DNA from: a virus
Taxonomy: Duplodnaviria; Caudoviricetes
Reading direction: 5' to 3' (one strand)
Virus record (IMG/VR): IMGVR_UViG_3300020045_004009
Location: 1-55,913 of that record
Length of the DNA stretch: 55,913 nt
This document shows positions 20,902 to 31,000 of this stretch, in pieces. Made by a program: the position numbers and the translations under genes. Below the pieces are notes generated by a model, which did no database searches, was not told where the DNA came from, and saw only the letters and a program-made list of their open reading frames with translations. The first letter of the stretch is position 1. Each line of letters begins with the position of its first letter.

Positions 20902-21669
20902 ATGGGATTAAGTTTAAGAGAGTTAAAAGAAGCTATGATCGCAAAACAAGGATATACTATAACGCCAAATCATAGTTCTTTTGACGATTTAAGATTGTTA
21001 TTAAACGATATGTATGCGGTTAGAAATGCTGCCGGATCGACTTGCACCGGGCACTCTGGGTCTACATATTCTAGTGAAAAATCACTAGCCGGTTTCAATA
21101 CGGCAGTTACAGGTTTAAAAGCTTGTACGTGTAATAGTAGGACTGGTGCAAGTTGCGATTGTGTTGGAAGAACTAGTGGTGTTGGTTGCAATTGTAATGC
21201 TAGAACCGCAACATGTGATTGTGTTAGCCGAACTGCCAGTTATGGTTGTACCTGTAATACATATGATTATTGTGATTGCCAATCGAGAACTTATGCGGAT
21301 ACATGTACCGGTTATACGGCACAATCATGTAATTGTTTTTCTAGGGTAACATGTGAGGGTAATTATTCATGCACTTGTGTTGGAAGAACAACGGTATGTG
21401 ACTGTGTTACAAATAGTGGATGTGTATGCGTTTCAAGACTGACCTGTGACACTCTAACCCCAGGAATTTGCACATGTAACTCTAGAACTTCGGCGCCAAC
21501 ATGTTACTGTAACACTAGGACGGGCGGTTGTAGTTGTGTTTCGGTTGAAACTACCCCTCCTTGTAGTTGTAATATTTATGGATCTTGCGATTGTGTATCA
21601 AGAACCGGTACAGAAGCCTGCACGTGTAACGGAAGATGCTCATGTGATTCTGAAAAAGTATTCTCATAG
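20902..21669 (+). CDS. Cys-rich repeat protein (putative rSAM substrate/precursor)
   Basis: 38 Cys, 17 CxC units (12 as CxCxxR) after a ~74-aa Cys-poor leader; flanked by two rSAM genes. Confidence 0.8.
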   Translation: MGLSLRELKEAMIAKQGYTITPNHSSFDDLRLLLNDMYAVRNAAGSTCTGHSGSTYSSEKSLAGFNTAVTGLKACTCNSRTGASCDCVGRTSGVGCNCNARTATCDCVSRTASYGCTCNTYDYCDCQSRTYADTCTGYTAQSCNCFSRVTCEGNYSCTCVGRTTVCDCVTNSGCVCVSRLTCDTLTPGICTCNSRTSAPTCYCNTRTGGCSCVSVETTPPCSCNIYGSCDCVSRTGTEACTCNGRCSCDSEKVFS

Positions 21670-21674
21670 GAGAA

Positions 21675-22538
21675 ATGATGGAAAGATATGTAATTCATGT
21701 AACAAAAGAGTGTAATTGCGATTGTTTGTATTGTTATGAAAAAGATAAGACAAGCGTATATACATGGCCAGAAATCAAAAAATTGCTCGACGACATCGTG
21801 CTATACAACAAAGAATTTAGTATTGAGTTTTTAGGAGGAGAGCCACTTCTTGCGTTCGATTTAATAAAACAATCTTACTACTATCTTGAGTCTTTGACGG
21901 ACGTTTTAGTACACGATTATGCGATTACGTCAAACGGAACGATCCTAACACCTGAGATTATTGAGTTTCTACAAAAGAATAAAAAAGTCTCTATTTGTTT
22001 TAGTATGGACGGGCATTCACACGCTAATCAATTGCGAGTACTCAAAGACTCAAGAAAAAATACATATCATAATGTAATGGAAAATGTTAAAAAAATGCAA
22101 GAAAATGGCCTTACCCCATCTATTCATATGGTTTCTCACCTATATAATGTCTCTATGATCGCTGATAGCATCAGCCATCTATACGCATTGGGAATTAGAC
22201 ATGTTGACGTTGGTACGATTGAGAACACCATGGTTATCGATGCGGAATATTGCGACAGATTTATCAAAGAGATGAAAATTGTATCTGACAAAATACATTC
22301 GGGCATCTATAACAGTTTAAATGTGGGGATACTTCAATGGTTAAAACCTAAGGATGATGTCCGGACATATCTTAGAGACAAAGATGGAAAATTACTTGGA
22401 GAGAGCTACGGACGAGCTACGGACGATTTAACACAAAACGATAATCAATATGCAGTCCTTAAATGCGATTCTTCTTTAGGCGACACCATTTATAACATTC
22501 GTAAAACTGTCTATGATTATCATAACAAACCTATTTAA
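21675..22538 (+). CDS. Second radical SAM protein (no evident SPASM domain)
   Basis: CNCDCLYC, FLGGEP, TSNG, SMDG; only 287 aa. Confidence 0.88.
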   Translation: MMERYVIHVTKECNCDCLYCYEKDKTSVYTWPEIKKLLDDIVLYNKEFSIEFLGGEPLLAFDLIKQSYYYLESLTDVLVHDYAITSNGTILTPEIIEFLQKNKKVSICFSMDGHSHANQLRVLKDSRKNTYHNVMENVKKMQENGLTPSIHMVSHLYNVSMIADSISHLYALGIRHVDVGTIENTMVIDAEYCDRFIKEMKIVSDKIHSGIYNSLNVGILQWLKPKDDVRTYLRDKDGKLLGESYGRATDDLTQNDNQYAVLKCDSSLGDTIYNIRKTVYDYHNKPI

Positions 22539-22551
22539 GGAGGTAGCCATC

Positions 22552-24072
22552 ATGCCATTACAAGACTTACCTGACGAAACGGTTCCATGGCAGGAAATAA
22601 ATGAAATAATCACTGCTAACTTCAACAATATTGTAGGGGAAGGCCGTAGTACGGAGACTGTTATGGGGGCTTATGCGGCAATTGCAGCTATATCCCCAAC
22701 TGGTAATGCCTTGTCGGACGAGATTGATATTTTCAATCCTCCTGCTGGGCTGACCGCGTGCGTTCCTGGCGCTAACAGTGGAGCTGCCTTTGCCGCTATC
22801 TTAGCATATGCAAAAACAAACGGTAAAGGTATTTATGTACCAAATGCTTCTGCCCCACCGTTGGTTAATGCTATTGATCTTTCTGGTTGTAAAGGGGTCA
22901 CTATCAGAAGCAGATCCCAAAAATGTAGTGGTTTAAAACTCAATTCCGGACAAAATAACGACTTTATAACCTTGTTTGGGACTAGCAATGATGCCGATGG
23001 GTGCGGCGTTCACGATATAAAACTGGATTGTAACGGAGCACAAGTCGGAAACAATGCAGCGATCCGAATCAATGGAATTCATATTGGAACAAAATTTGAA
23101 AATCTATATTTGTATAATGGATACACAGGCATCGCCATAAACGGTGATGAAGGAACAAATACTTATCGTTGGATATACCAGTTTGACAACGTTTGTATCA
23201 CTGGCATGGCTGGGTATGGCATTGATGGTATCGGGTCAGACAATTCATTCGAAAGATTTGTCGTCGGACCAACTAAACTACACAATGTTAAAGCCAACGG
23301 AGCTAATGTCCGTATGGGTAACTTCAAATGTATGGGTAGCAAGGAGGAGTCTGGTTTCTATGTATCTGGCTCACGGCTACAGATGGTCAATATAGACTGT
23401 CAAGAATCGTTTATGCATGGTATGGAGATTAATGGTAGTTACGATCTTACTATTAATAATCTGAACTGTGATAATAACGGTCTTGATTGGCCTGCTTATA
23501 TCATTTCAGGTGATGCAACAACCTCAATAAAAGCAGTACGCGATAGTTATGGATTACATATGACGAACGTCGAAAACTCAACCATTCAGGGGTATAATTT
23601 TAGTAATCGAAATACTTTGTATCGTTACGGTCTTGGCGCCTACTATGCAAATAGTGGATCAAAAGGATTAAAAGTACAAGTCAATCATGAAACAAATCCT
23701 TATGCCTACTCGATTGACGATTCAAATGGTGGCATCGACTTTATGGAACAAAAAAACTCGACTTTGTGGTTGACCGCAGATTACACCCTTACTAGTGCCG
23801 ACATAGGTAAGATGATTGTTGTCAATTCAACAAATCCAGTTGTCGTCACTGTACCAACAGTTGCGATTGACCCGTCTATTAAAAATGGAAAGCCTGTGTC
23901 GACAAGAATTATTCGTCGAGGTACGGGTACCGTATCGATTGCTAGTGCGGCGTCAATTAGCAGCATCAGTGGGCATAAGTTTATCAGCACTCAGTATGGA
24001 ATGATGGAACTATCGAGAGATACGTCAGCGAATGACAAATGGTTTTTAAATGGGAACTTAGCAATATCGTAA
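22552..24072 (+). CDS. Right-handed beta-helix (pectin lyase-like) tailspike/depolymerase
   Basis: NSGAAFAAILA..GIYVP start and Asn/Gly ladder repeats; C-terminal fibre-like domain; ATG after AAGGAGG. Confidence 0.7.
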   Translation: MPLQDLPDETVPWQEINEIITANFNNIVGEGRSTETVMGAYAAIAAISPTGNALSDEIDIFNPPAGLTACVPGANSGAAFAAILAYAKTNGKGIYVPNASAPPLVNAIDLSGCKGVTIRSRSQKCSGLKLNSGQNNDFITLFGTSNDADGCGVHDIKLDCNGAQVGNNAAIRINGIHIGTKFENLYLYNGYTGIAINGDEGTNTYRWIYQFDNVCITGMAGYGIDGIGSDNSFERFVVGPTKLHNVKANGANVRMGNFKCMGSKEESGFYVSGSRLQMVNIDCQESFMHGMEINGSYDLTINNLNCDNNGLDWPAYIISGDATTSIKAVRDSYGLHMTNVENSTIQGYNFSNRNTLYRYGLGAYYANSGSKGLKVQVNHETNPYAYSIDDSNGGIDFMEQKNSTLWLTADYTLTSADIGKMIVVNSTNPVVVTVPTVAIDPSIKNGKPVSTRIIRRGTGTVSIASAASISSISGHKFISTQYGMMELSRDTSANDKWFLNGNLAIS

Positions 24073-24135
24073 TGGTAATAGGGAGGGTTAAATCCCCCTT
24101 CATATTAGGTTTATTAGACGAAAGTTGGTGAAGGT

Positions 24136-26199
24136 ATGATATTTGCACTTGGGTTACATCTCATGGGGATGATGAATCGGGTGGTTAATCAAGTTGCTTC
24201 GTTTATTCTCGGTAATTTTGATCTTTACGATCCTCCAACAGCTCCATCGGAATATGTAACAGATGCGACAGGTAAAGTTTTAAATATAACCGATGCACAG
24301 TTTTTGTCTACGTTTTATGATGGGTTTGTCGGAACTCAAACCGATGGCATGGTGGTAACAAAGACAAGCCTTGGTATGGATGAAAGCAATACATACCATA
24401 TTTATGAGTATGATTTTTGCCCAGAAAATTACACAAAAACTATCTTGCTATCAAGTGGGATGCATCCGTATGAATTGTCTGCATCTTTTGGTTTAGCGCA
24501 ATTTATAAATCACATGATGGCAACCCCGTATCAACACAATGGATTCCGTTATCTTCGTGAAAATGTGCGTGTGAAAGTTATTCCAATCATCAATCCGTGG
24601 GGATGGAACCAAAACCCCAAAAAATACGGGAATGTGAATGGTGTCAATATAAATCGTAATTTTGATTACGGTGGATTATGGGCTGCCTATCCTGTTTATA
24701 CTGATGAATGGAATAAAAAAGGAGAGTCCGCTTTTTCAGAAGCCGAAACGGTTGTCGTAAGAGATTGGATTCTTGCAAATAGTACGGCAGAATTTTATAT
24801 CGATATGCATACTGGGATTGGTATTGGACCGTGGGATAATTTTATCTATTACCAGACAGCCGACCCGCAGTTAACACGCATTACATATTCATTGTCACGA
24901 TTAGACGCAAGAATAACCAGCAAGTACAGCAAAGCAAACCCTAGCGAGGAAATAAGAGTAAGCTATGCAGGGGATCATAAAGGTGCATACCTTGTCGGTC
25001 AAATGGGTTGGACAGGATTAAGTATTGAGCAGACACCAAATAACTTATTGTGGGGAACGAGTTTAAATAATGAAAGTGGTGACATTTCTGAGTTTGAAGC
25101 AACTATATGTGCGTATGTGTTCACATTTTTATCAGCCACCCCGATTTTGGTAAAGGTAGATAACCCGACTTCTGGAAATACAGAAACGGTGTTTAGCATA
25201 CAATACAAACTGGATGACAATGAGGGTGGAATATTTACAGTAACGCGCACTATTGATGGTGTATCGACAACAGAAAATGTTTCTGGGGCAGGTACAAAAA
25301 CATGGGATGTTGGCACTTTGGGGTCAGGCACAAAAGCATTGTCTGTGAAAGTTACCGACAATACCGGCTATGAATCCAATACATTAACTTATTCTATTCT
25401 TGTTTCTGCTCCTGTGGCGGTTACAGGGGTATCGCTTAATAAATCAACTACATCTATAAATATTGGTTCCGCTGAACAATTAACAGAAACGGTGGCTCCT
25501 TCCGATGCTGCAAACAAAGATGTTACATGGTCATCCAGCAATACAAATTATGCTACGGTTTCAAGTTCTGGTTTAGTGACAGCGGTGGCGGCTGGTTCTG
25601 CGACGATCACAGTGACAACCATGGACGGGAATTTTACATCCACTTGTTCTGTTACAGTAATAGCGGCTTCAACTGTTATAGCTGATACATACACACGTTC
25701 TAATAACACAAATATTGGTAACACAGAAGTTGGAAATAAAACATATGTTCAACAAGTTTCTGATGGGTGGGAAATCGTAAGCGGTAAATTAAAATCAAGA
25801 AGTACCGATTCAAACAATGCAATAACAGTATTAGCCGATTCCGGTAACTATGATATTTCTGTTGACGTAACATGGAGAGTTTATGCTGGTATTACATTTA
25901 GGTATTCTGCTCAAAATAATCATATTGTTGCAAGAATTAATTCGACATCGTTGAATCTGTTTAAAAATATTGATGGGACAGTAACTAGCCTTGGAACGCC
26001 TTATAGCTTTACTCCTGTATCGGGTACTACTTATAAATTAAGGGTTGTTGCAAATGGATCAAATATCAAGGTATTCATCGATGGAACCGAAACACATAAT
26101 GTAACCGAAACATTCAACCAAACTTATGCCAATATCGGATTTAGAACGGCAAACGACACAACAACAGAGTTTGATAACTTGGAAGTTTATAATGTTTAA
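24136..26199 (+). CDS. M14 zinc carboxypeptidase + Ig-like (Big_2) + lectin-like domain protein
   Basis: HxxE (GMHPYE), NINRNF, IDMHTG; VAVTGVSLNK...VTWSSSN Big_2 repeat. Confidence 0.82.
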   Translation: MIFALGLHLMGMMNRVVNQVASFILGNFDLYDPPTAPSEYVTDATGKVLNITDAQFLSTFYDGFVGTQTDGMVVTKTSLGMDESNTYHIYEYDFCPENYTKTILLSSGMHPYELSASFGLAQFINHMMATPYQHNGFRYLRENVRVKVIPIINPWGWNQNPKKYGNVNGVNINRNFDYGGLWAAYPVYTDEWNKKGESAFSEAETVVVRDWILANSTAEFYIDMHTGIGIGPWDNFIYYQTADPQLTRITYSLSRLDARITSKYSKANPSEEIRVSYAGDHKGAYLVGQMGWTGLSIEQTPNNLLWGTSLNNESGDISEFEATICAYVFTFLSATPILVKVDNPTSGNTETVFSIQYKLDDNEGGIFTVTRTIDGVSTTENVSGAGTKTWDVGTLGSGTKALSVKVTDNTGYESNTLTYSILVSAPVAVTGVSLNKSTTSINIGSAEQLTETVAPSDAANKDVTWSSSNTNYATVSSSGLVTAVAAGSATITVTTMDGNFTSTCSVTVIAASTVIADTYTRSNNTNIGNTEVGNKTYVQQVSDGWEIVSGKLKSRSTDSNNAITVLADSGNYDISVDVTWRVYAGITFRYSAQNNHIVARINSTSLNLFKNIDGTVTSLGTPYSFTPVSGTTYKLRVVANGSNIKVFIDGTETHNVTETFNQTYANIGFRTANDTTTEFDNLEVYNV

Positions 26200-26476
26200 T
26201 CACGGACTATAGTAGTGTAAAATTAAGTATATTATTGGAGGTGTGTTATGGAACGTATCATTACTTTAGAAGTGAACTGTCCTTTCTGCAACAAAGGTTA
26301 TACAACTATTAATTATTTTAAAGATAGTGTTTGGTACAGATGATGTTTAAAGTTAAAAAGAGCATAGCACGATAAAACACAACTAAGACCGATTATATGA
26401 ACACTGAAAATATATAATAACACCTCAAGAAAGTCAGTCTACGATGATGTGTTTTAGTATTAGAAAGGAGAATTAT

Positions 26477-26797
26477 ATGAAAAATATAAACGAGTATTCC
26501 CCCCAATCGGGGAGAAAATTGAGGGAAAATAACACTACTGTTAACGATGCTGATTTTTGGGCAGGCATGTCGGGAAGTGACGGAGGTAAATACATAACCA
26601 GTGCATCTGGAGAAGTTGTTCCGGATGCGGGTTATGTATTTACTTGTGTTTGCCCGTTAGAGGAGATTACTATTACTACCCTTACAGGTAATATCTCTGG
26701 AAACATGGCGGGTGTAACAACTAACCGTGATATACCTGGTCGATTTACCGCTGCACGTATTTCCGCTGGTAAAGCAATTGCATATCAAGGGATATAG
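26477..26797 (+). CDS. Hypothetical protein (possibly virion-associated)
   Basis: GAAAGGAG RBS before ATG. Confidence 0.5.
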   Translation: MKNINEYSPQSGRKLRENNTTVNDADFWAGMSGSDGGKYITSASGEVVPDAGYVFTCVCPLEEITITTLTGNISGNMAGVTTNRDIPGRFTAARISAGKAIAYQGI

Positions 26798-26867
26798 TTA
26801 GGACAAACAATAAAAGATATGACGATGGGCGAAAATGCCTAAACTGACATTAAACGGAGGATAAACG

Positions 26868-27209
26868 ATGGCACAGGCGGTGGAATTAACCAAAACAAGC
26901 GACAGCACAATCCTTATATCAATTGTAGTCATAGCCATGGTTTTATTAGCTATGATACCTGTTATTCGAACGATTGACACCATCCGAAAAAACAGGAGTA
27001 AAGTGGTTAATGACCGTGAAGGGTTATTAATCGGGGTAATAGAAAGGAACACAGAGGTTAATTCTGCTCTTAAAACACTAATTGAAAATGATCAGAAACA
27101 TTGTACTGACTGTAGAAAAGAGCAGAAGGGAATGTTTCAACAACTGCAAGATAATCAAGATATAGCTAATATGAAATTAGTAGAGATCCATACAATACTT
27201 AAAAAATAG
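26868..27209 (+). CDS. Holin-like membrane protein
   Basis: One N-terminal TM helix plus coiled coil; in lysis module. Confidence 0.55.
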   Translation: MAQAVELTKTSDSTILISIVVIAMVLLAMIPVIRTIDTIRKNRSKVVNDREGLLIGVIERNTEVNSALKTLIENDQKHCTDCRKEQKGMFQQLQDNQDIANMKLVEIHTILKK

Positions 27210-27225
27210 AAAGGAAAAAAATAAT

Positions 27226-27558
27226 ATGAGTGAGTTTTTGAATTGGTTCGGTACTAACTGGGAATTATATTCGGCCATATTAATCGGGATAATATTTTGT
27301 ATTGTCCTTGTGTTTATGGGGCGGTGGGCAGTTCTACGAGGCATAATTTATAAAATGATGTTGGCCGCAGAAATGCTTTTCCAATCTGGAGAAGGAACCG
27401 CGCGGTTTGAGGCGGTCTTAAACGCACTATACATAAAATATCCAATACTAATCCTGCTCATTTCCGAAGATAAATTGCGCGCCACTATACAAGAATACTT
27501 TGATAAAGCCCAAGATTGGGCGGATGACGGTATGATAAACGGGTCGCAATGTAAGTAA
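27226..27558 (+). CDS. Holin (LL-H-like)
   Basis: N-terminal TM; AAE..F.SGEG..RFE.V pattern. Confidence 0.6.
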   Translation: MSEFLNWFGTNWELYSAILIGIIFCIVLVFMGRWAVLRGIIYKMMLAAEMLFQSGEGTARFEAVLNALYIKYPILILLISEDKLRATIQEYFDKAQDWADDGMINGSQCK

Positions 27559-27641
27559 CAGGGAGGCGATCCCTATCTAGGGCGGGTAGTTACACCTATT
27601 CCGCCTTTCTATTTCTTATTTTTAAGGAGGAGGAAATAGTA

Positions 27642-28790
27642 ATGGAACAAGTAGTACAACCTCTTATATCTTGTGTCGCGTCGGCTCCTAGTACTACCTA
27701 TACGCAAGATGACCTTGCTCTGTTAAACTTCTCTGGGCGAAAGATATACCACACGCAGGGCTATAAAGGGCAGAACGTTATAGTGGCGGTTATTGATACA
27801 GGTGTCAGTGATCATCCAGAATTATCCGGACGGTTATTACCAGGGATAAACACTCATAGAGGGTATGTTACACCAGCCTCAACTAAAGATGATTTCAATC
27901 ATGGAACATGGTGTGCAGCGGCCATTGCTGGTAAAAATGTTGGTATAGCGCCAGAAGCAAAAATCGTACCAATAAAATGCCTTGATGGTGTTGGATGTGG
28001 AACGCCAGAATACGTTATTGCAGCGCTTAATTATGTTCTTAATTGGCGAGATCCAAGTGGTAATCGCGTTGACATTGTTAGTATGTCGTTAGCTTTTGGT
28101 CTTATTTCCTTCCCAAATCCAAATCTTCTAATGGAATTTGAAGCCGCGATTGATAGATTAATCAATACTGGCATAATTGTTATTGCTGCCGCAGGAAATA
28201 CAGGAATAGAAACCATCCTTTACCCAGCTTATTTTAATGGCCCCATTACTGTTGGTGCGGTCGATCGGTTGCGTAAGGCAGCTTACTTTACAACCAAAAG
28301 TAAACAAGTGGATGTATGCCAAATTGGAGTCGATATAATTGGCGCAAATAATACTGGTGGGTATATTAAAATGAGTGGAACTAGTATGGCAACGCCGGTT
28401 GTCGCTGGAATAACAGCTTTACTTGTTAGTAAATATAAAGCGTTAAATAGCGACTATATGCCAGAAAAAGAGCTTTACACCATGCTCAAAATGTCAACTG
28501 TCGATCTTGATATTCTGGGTGTCGATATCACGACTGGTGCTGGTTTCTGTACGCTTCAACCAATGACTGGTAAGTTTAAGATTGGGTTGCATTCAGTCTA
28601 CAACTTCCCAAATACTAATATTTCATATAAACCTGGATGTTTTACTCTTAATGGGGTCGATGTCATTCCAAATATTCCTCCTTGTGCTGTAAATGGAAGG
28701 ATCTTAGCTGGGGGTCGAGATATACTGGATCAAATTGGTGGAGTAACTTCGTACGACGCAGCGACGAATACTGGGTATTTTGAGATATAG
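27642..28790 (+). CDS. S8 subtilisin-like serine protease
   Basis: Catalytic motifs IDTG, NHGT, AAAGN, GTSMATP. Confidence 0.92.
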   Translation: MEQVVQPLISCVASAPSTTYTQDDLALLNFSGRKIYHTQGYKGQNVIVAVIDTGVSDHPELSGRLLPGINTHRGYVTPASTKDDFNHGTWCAAAIAGKNVGIAPEAKIVPIKCLDGVGCGTPEYVIAALNYVLNWRDPSGNRVDIVSMSLAFGLISFPNPNLLMEFEAAIDRLINTGIIVIAAAGNTGIETILYPAYFNGPITVGAVDRLRKAAYFTTKSKQVDVCQIGVDIIGANNTGGYIKMSGTSMATPVVAGITALLVSKYKALNSDYMPEKELYTMLKMSTVDLDILGVDITTGAGFCTLQPMTGKFKIGLHSVYNFPNTNISYKPGCFTLNGVDVIPNIPPCAVNGRILAGGRDILDQIGGVTSYDAATNTGYFEI

Positions 28791-28799
28791 GAGATACAT

Positions 28800-29540
28800 A
28801 TGAAATCAAAATTATCATCATCTTATCCTATGGCTCCTCCAGAGGACTGGTTATATTTTGTTAAGTCTTACCAAGCAGGTATTGATCCGATCTTTGCTGG
28901 ACGATTAGCAGCCCTTGCAAGGTCTGAAGGAAAAATGTTGAATATAATCCGAGGGTATAGTTCATATGACGAGCAAGTAAGATTGTATAAATTATCTGGT
29001 GGACTACAGAACGAGGATGGAACATGGTCTGGGGGCAGTGGATATGCGGCTGTACCGAATACAAGTTGGCATGAGTATAGACTTGCAGCCGATATTACAA
29101 ATTCGTGGGCTAAGGAATTAGATAAAGATGCCGCTACAAAAAAACAAATTACTTTAATAAGGTTTGGATTATTTAAACCATTAACTCGTGGTAATGGTAA
29201 AATTATATTAGAGGATTGGCATATTCAACCAATTGAGACAGCGGGGCAATGGGATAAGCAAAAATATACACCGGAGGCAAATGGAGAGATGGATATATGT
29301 GAATTTCAAAAGCTTACAGGAATTGATGCAGATGGTAAGAACGGCCCAGACACCAAAGCTAAGGCTAAAGAAGTGCTTGAGACCATCCATCATATTCTTG
29401 GTATTCCTCATTATAAGAATACACAAGAGGTTATTACGAGCGTCACTAAAAGTCCAAGTTATTGGTTGAGTAAACTTTATCAAGAACCTTATTTGGACGC
29501 ATATACTATGGCTATTGTCAAAAAAATGCGCGGCGAGTAA
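28800..29540 (+). CDS. Endolysin, M15-type Zn peptidase with PG-binding-like segment
   Basis: SxHxxxxAxD (SWHEYRLAAD), ExWH (EDWH), FQK..GIDADGKNGPDT. Confidence 0.8.
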   Translation: MKSKLSSSYPMAPPEDWLYFVKSYQAGIDPIFAGRLAALARSEGKMLNIIRGYSSYDEQVRLYKLSGGLQNEDGTWSGGSGYAAVPNTSWHEYRLAADITNSWAKELDKDAATKKQITLIRFGLFKPLTRGNGKIILEDWHIQPIETAGQWDKQKYTPEANGEMDICEFQKLTGIDADGKNGPDTKAKAKEVLETIHHILGIPHYKNTQEVITSVTKSPSYWLSKLYQEPYLDAYTMAIVKKMRGE

Positions 29541-29621
29541 TTTTCAAAAAATGTTTTATAATCTCGCATAAAAAACACGGCCTCTTATGAAAGAATAACA
29601 TCAATCGAAAGGGGAAGGCAT

Positions 29622-29906
29622 ATGAAATTGTTCACCAAGAAAAAAAAGCAAAGTGTAAATAAGGAGATTGCTCGTGTCTTAACAGAAATGAGCAAATTAG
29701 AGCCGAACTCAAAAGAATATACTATGATGGCTAATAATCTCGAACTACTAATGAGCGCTATTTCAAAAAAGAAAGCAGCAATTAGTTTCGATACGGTTAT
29801 GACTGTCGTGGGTAGCTTAGGAGGGATTGCGCTAATAGTATTTAGCGAAGAGACAAGAGTAATCACCTCAAAAGCACTTAGTTTTGTAGTCAAGGGGCGT
29901 GTATAA
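29622..29906 (+). CDS. Small membrane protein
   Basis: Own motif promoter, RBS and terminator; C-terminal hydrophobic helix. Confidence 0.7.
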   Translation: MKLFTKKKKQSVNKEIARVLTEMSKLEPNSKEYTMMANNLELLMSAISKKKAAISFDTVMTVVGSLGGIALIVFSEETRVITSKALSFVVKGRV

Positions 29907-29925
29907 CACATGCCCTTCTCTTTTT
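29892..29925 (+). terminator. Rho-independent terminator
   Basis: AAGGGGCGTGT-ATAAC-ACATGCCCTT followed by T-rich tract. Confidence 0.7.
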
Positions 29926-29950
29926 AACTTTGAGGATATGAAAGGATATA

Positions 29951-30160
29951 ATGATGGGTACAGAAAGAGCAGTAACAGACGATCAAGTGTTAGACGCGTT
30001 AGCCACTGGAGCTAGTCTTCTAGATGTTGCTTACAACTTATATGTCGATCGAACAACTATTTCAAATTATATTAGAAGACTTCGTGCTGACGGAATAAAT
30101 ATACCAAATACTGCAAAACATCGTAAGGGCGTTCTTGGGTATCGACTTTCGCACAAATAA
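29951..30160 (+). CDS. Small helix-turn-helix protein
   Basis: SLLDVAYNLYVDRTTISNYIRRL HTH pattern. Confidence 0.65.
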   Translation: MMGTERAVTDDQVLDALATGASLLDVAYNLYVDRTTISNYIRRLRADGINIPNTAKHRKGVLGYRLSHK

Positions 30161-30206
30161 CATACCCTCTAATAAGAAGTATTATATTTGTGAAAGGAAA
30201 CATATT

Positions 30207-30311
30207 ATGAGACAAAGACCGGTTTATATATTATTTGACGTAATAATGACTGTATTAACTGGAGGTTTGTGGCTTATATGGGTACTCATCAGGTATTTAA
30301 GAACACATTAA
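30207..30311 (+). CDS. 34-aa membrane peptide (paralog of 45462..45569)
   Basis: MRQRPVYILFDVIMTVLTGGLWLIWVLIRYLRTH; GAAAGGA RBS; motif promoter at 30149. Confidence 0.75.
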   Translation: MRQRPVYILFDVIMTVLTGGLWLIWVLIRYLRTH

Positions 30312-30435
30312 AAGAGAAGGCTTAGCCTATCTCTTTTTATTCGTCTATTTACCAAAGGCTCTTAATTTTTATCTCGCACAAATAACAGATACTCTAATGA
30401 AGGGGATTAAATAAAAATAATTTTAAGGAGTGTGT

Positions 30436-30627
30436 ATGAGAAACATGCAAGAAATCCGTGAAAACAAAACCGTACAATCAATCACTAAAATTGGACCATG
30501 GGTACTATTACTAGCATTGCTAGGATGGTATACATACAAAAGTAAAAGTGTAAATAAGGGTTTTGTTGAGGAGTTCTACATGCGGACATCTATGCGAGCT
30601 ACAAATTGTGGACAGATAGTTCAATAA
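30436..30627 (+). CDS. Small membrane protein
   Basis: AAGGAG RBS; one TM; promoter at 30374 and terminator at about 30634. Confidence 0.6.
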   Translation: MRNMQEIRENKTVQSITKIGPWVLLLALLGWYTYKSKSVNKGFVEEFYMRTSMRATNCGQIVQ

Positions 30628-30705
30628 AGGGTCGAGGCGTAAAGCCTCTTCTTTTTTCGCTAAATTAACACCGGCTCTAATAGAAGAATAGAAAGGAGAA
30701 TTATT

Positions 30706-30948
30706 ATGAAAAAAATTGGAGAAAAAGCGAAAATAGTCGGAACAATTATTTGTGATGCTTTTGCACAGGAATTGACAAACGAGGGAACAGTAGGTTTATC
30801 GGCAGCAATCGGTTTATATCAAGGACTCAAATACGGAGGTAATTTGAAGAGAGGTATAACTGGTGGTATGGCGGTCTACGTGACATTCTCCGCAATCAGA
30901 GCAGTGCGAAATATTATGGACAATAAGGATTATATCCGCAATCTCTAG
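30706..30948 (+). CDS. Small Gly-rich hydrophobic protein
   Basis: GAAAGGAG RBS; promoter at 30657. Confidence 0.65.
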   Translation: MKKIGEKAKIVGTIICDAFAQELTNEGTVGLSAAIGLYQGLKYGGNLKRGITGGMAVYVTFSAIRAVRNIMDNKDYIRNL

Positions 30949-31000
30949 GAGGGCGTAAAGCGCTCCTTTCTTTTTTCGCAGAAATTACATTTACTCTAAT

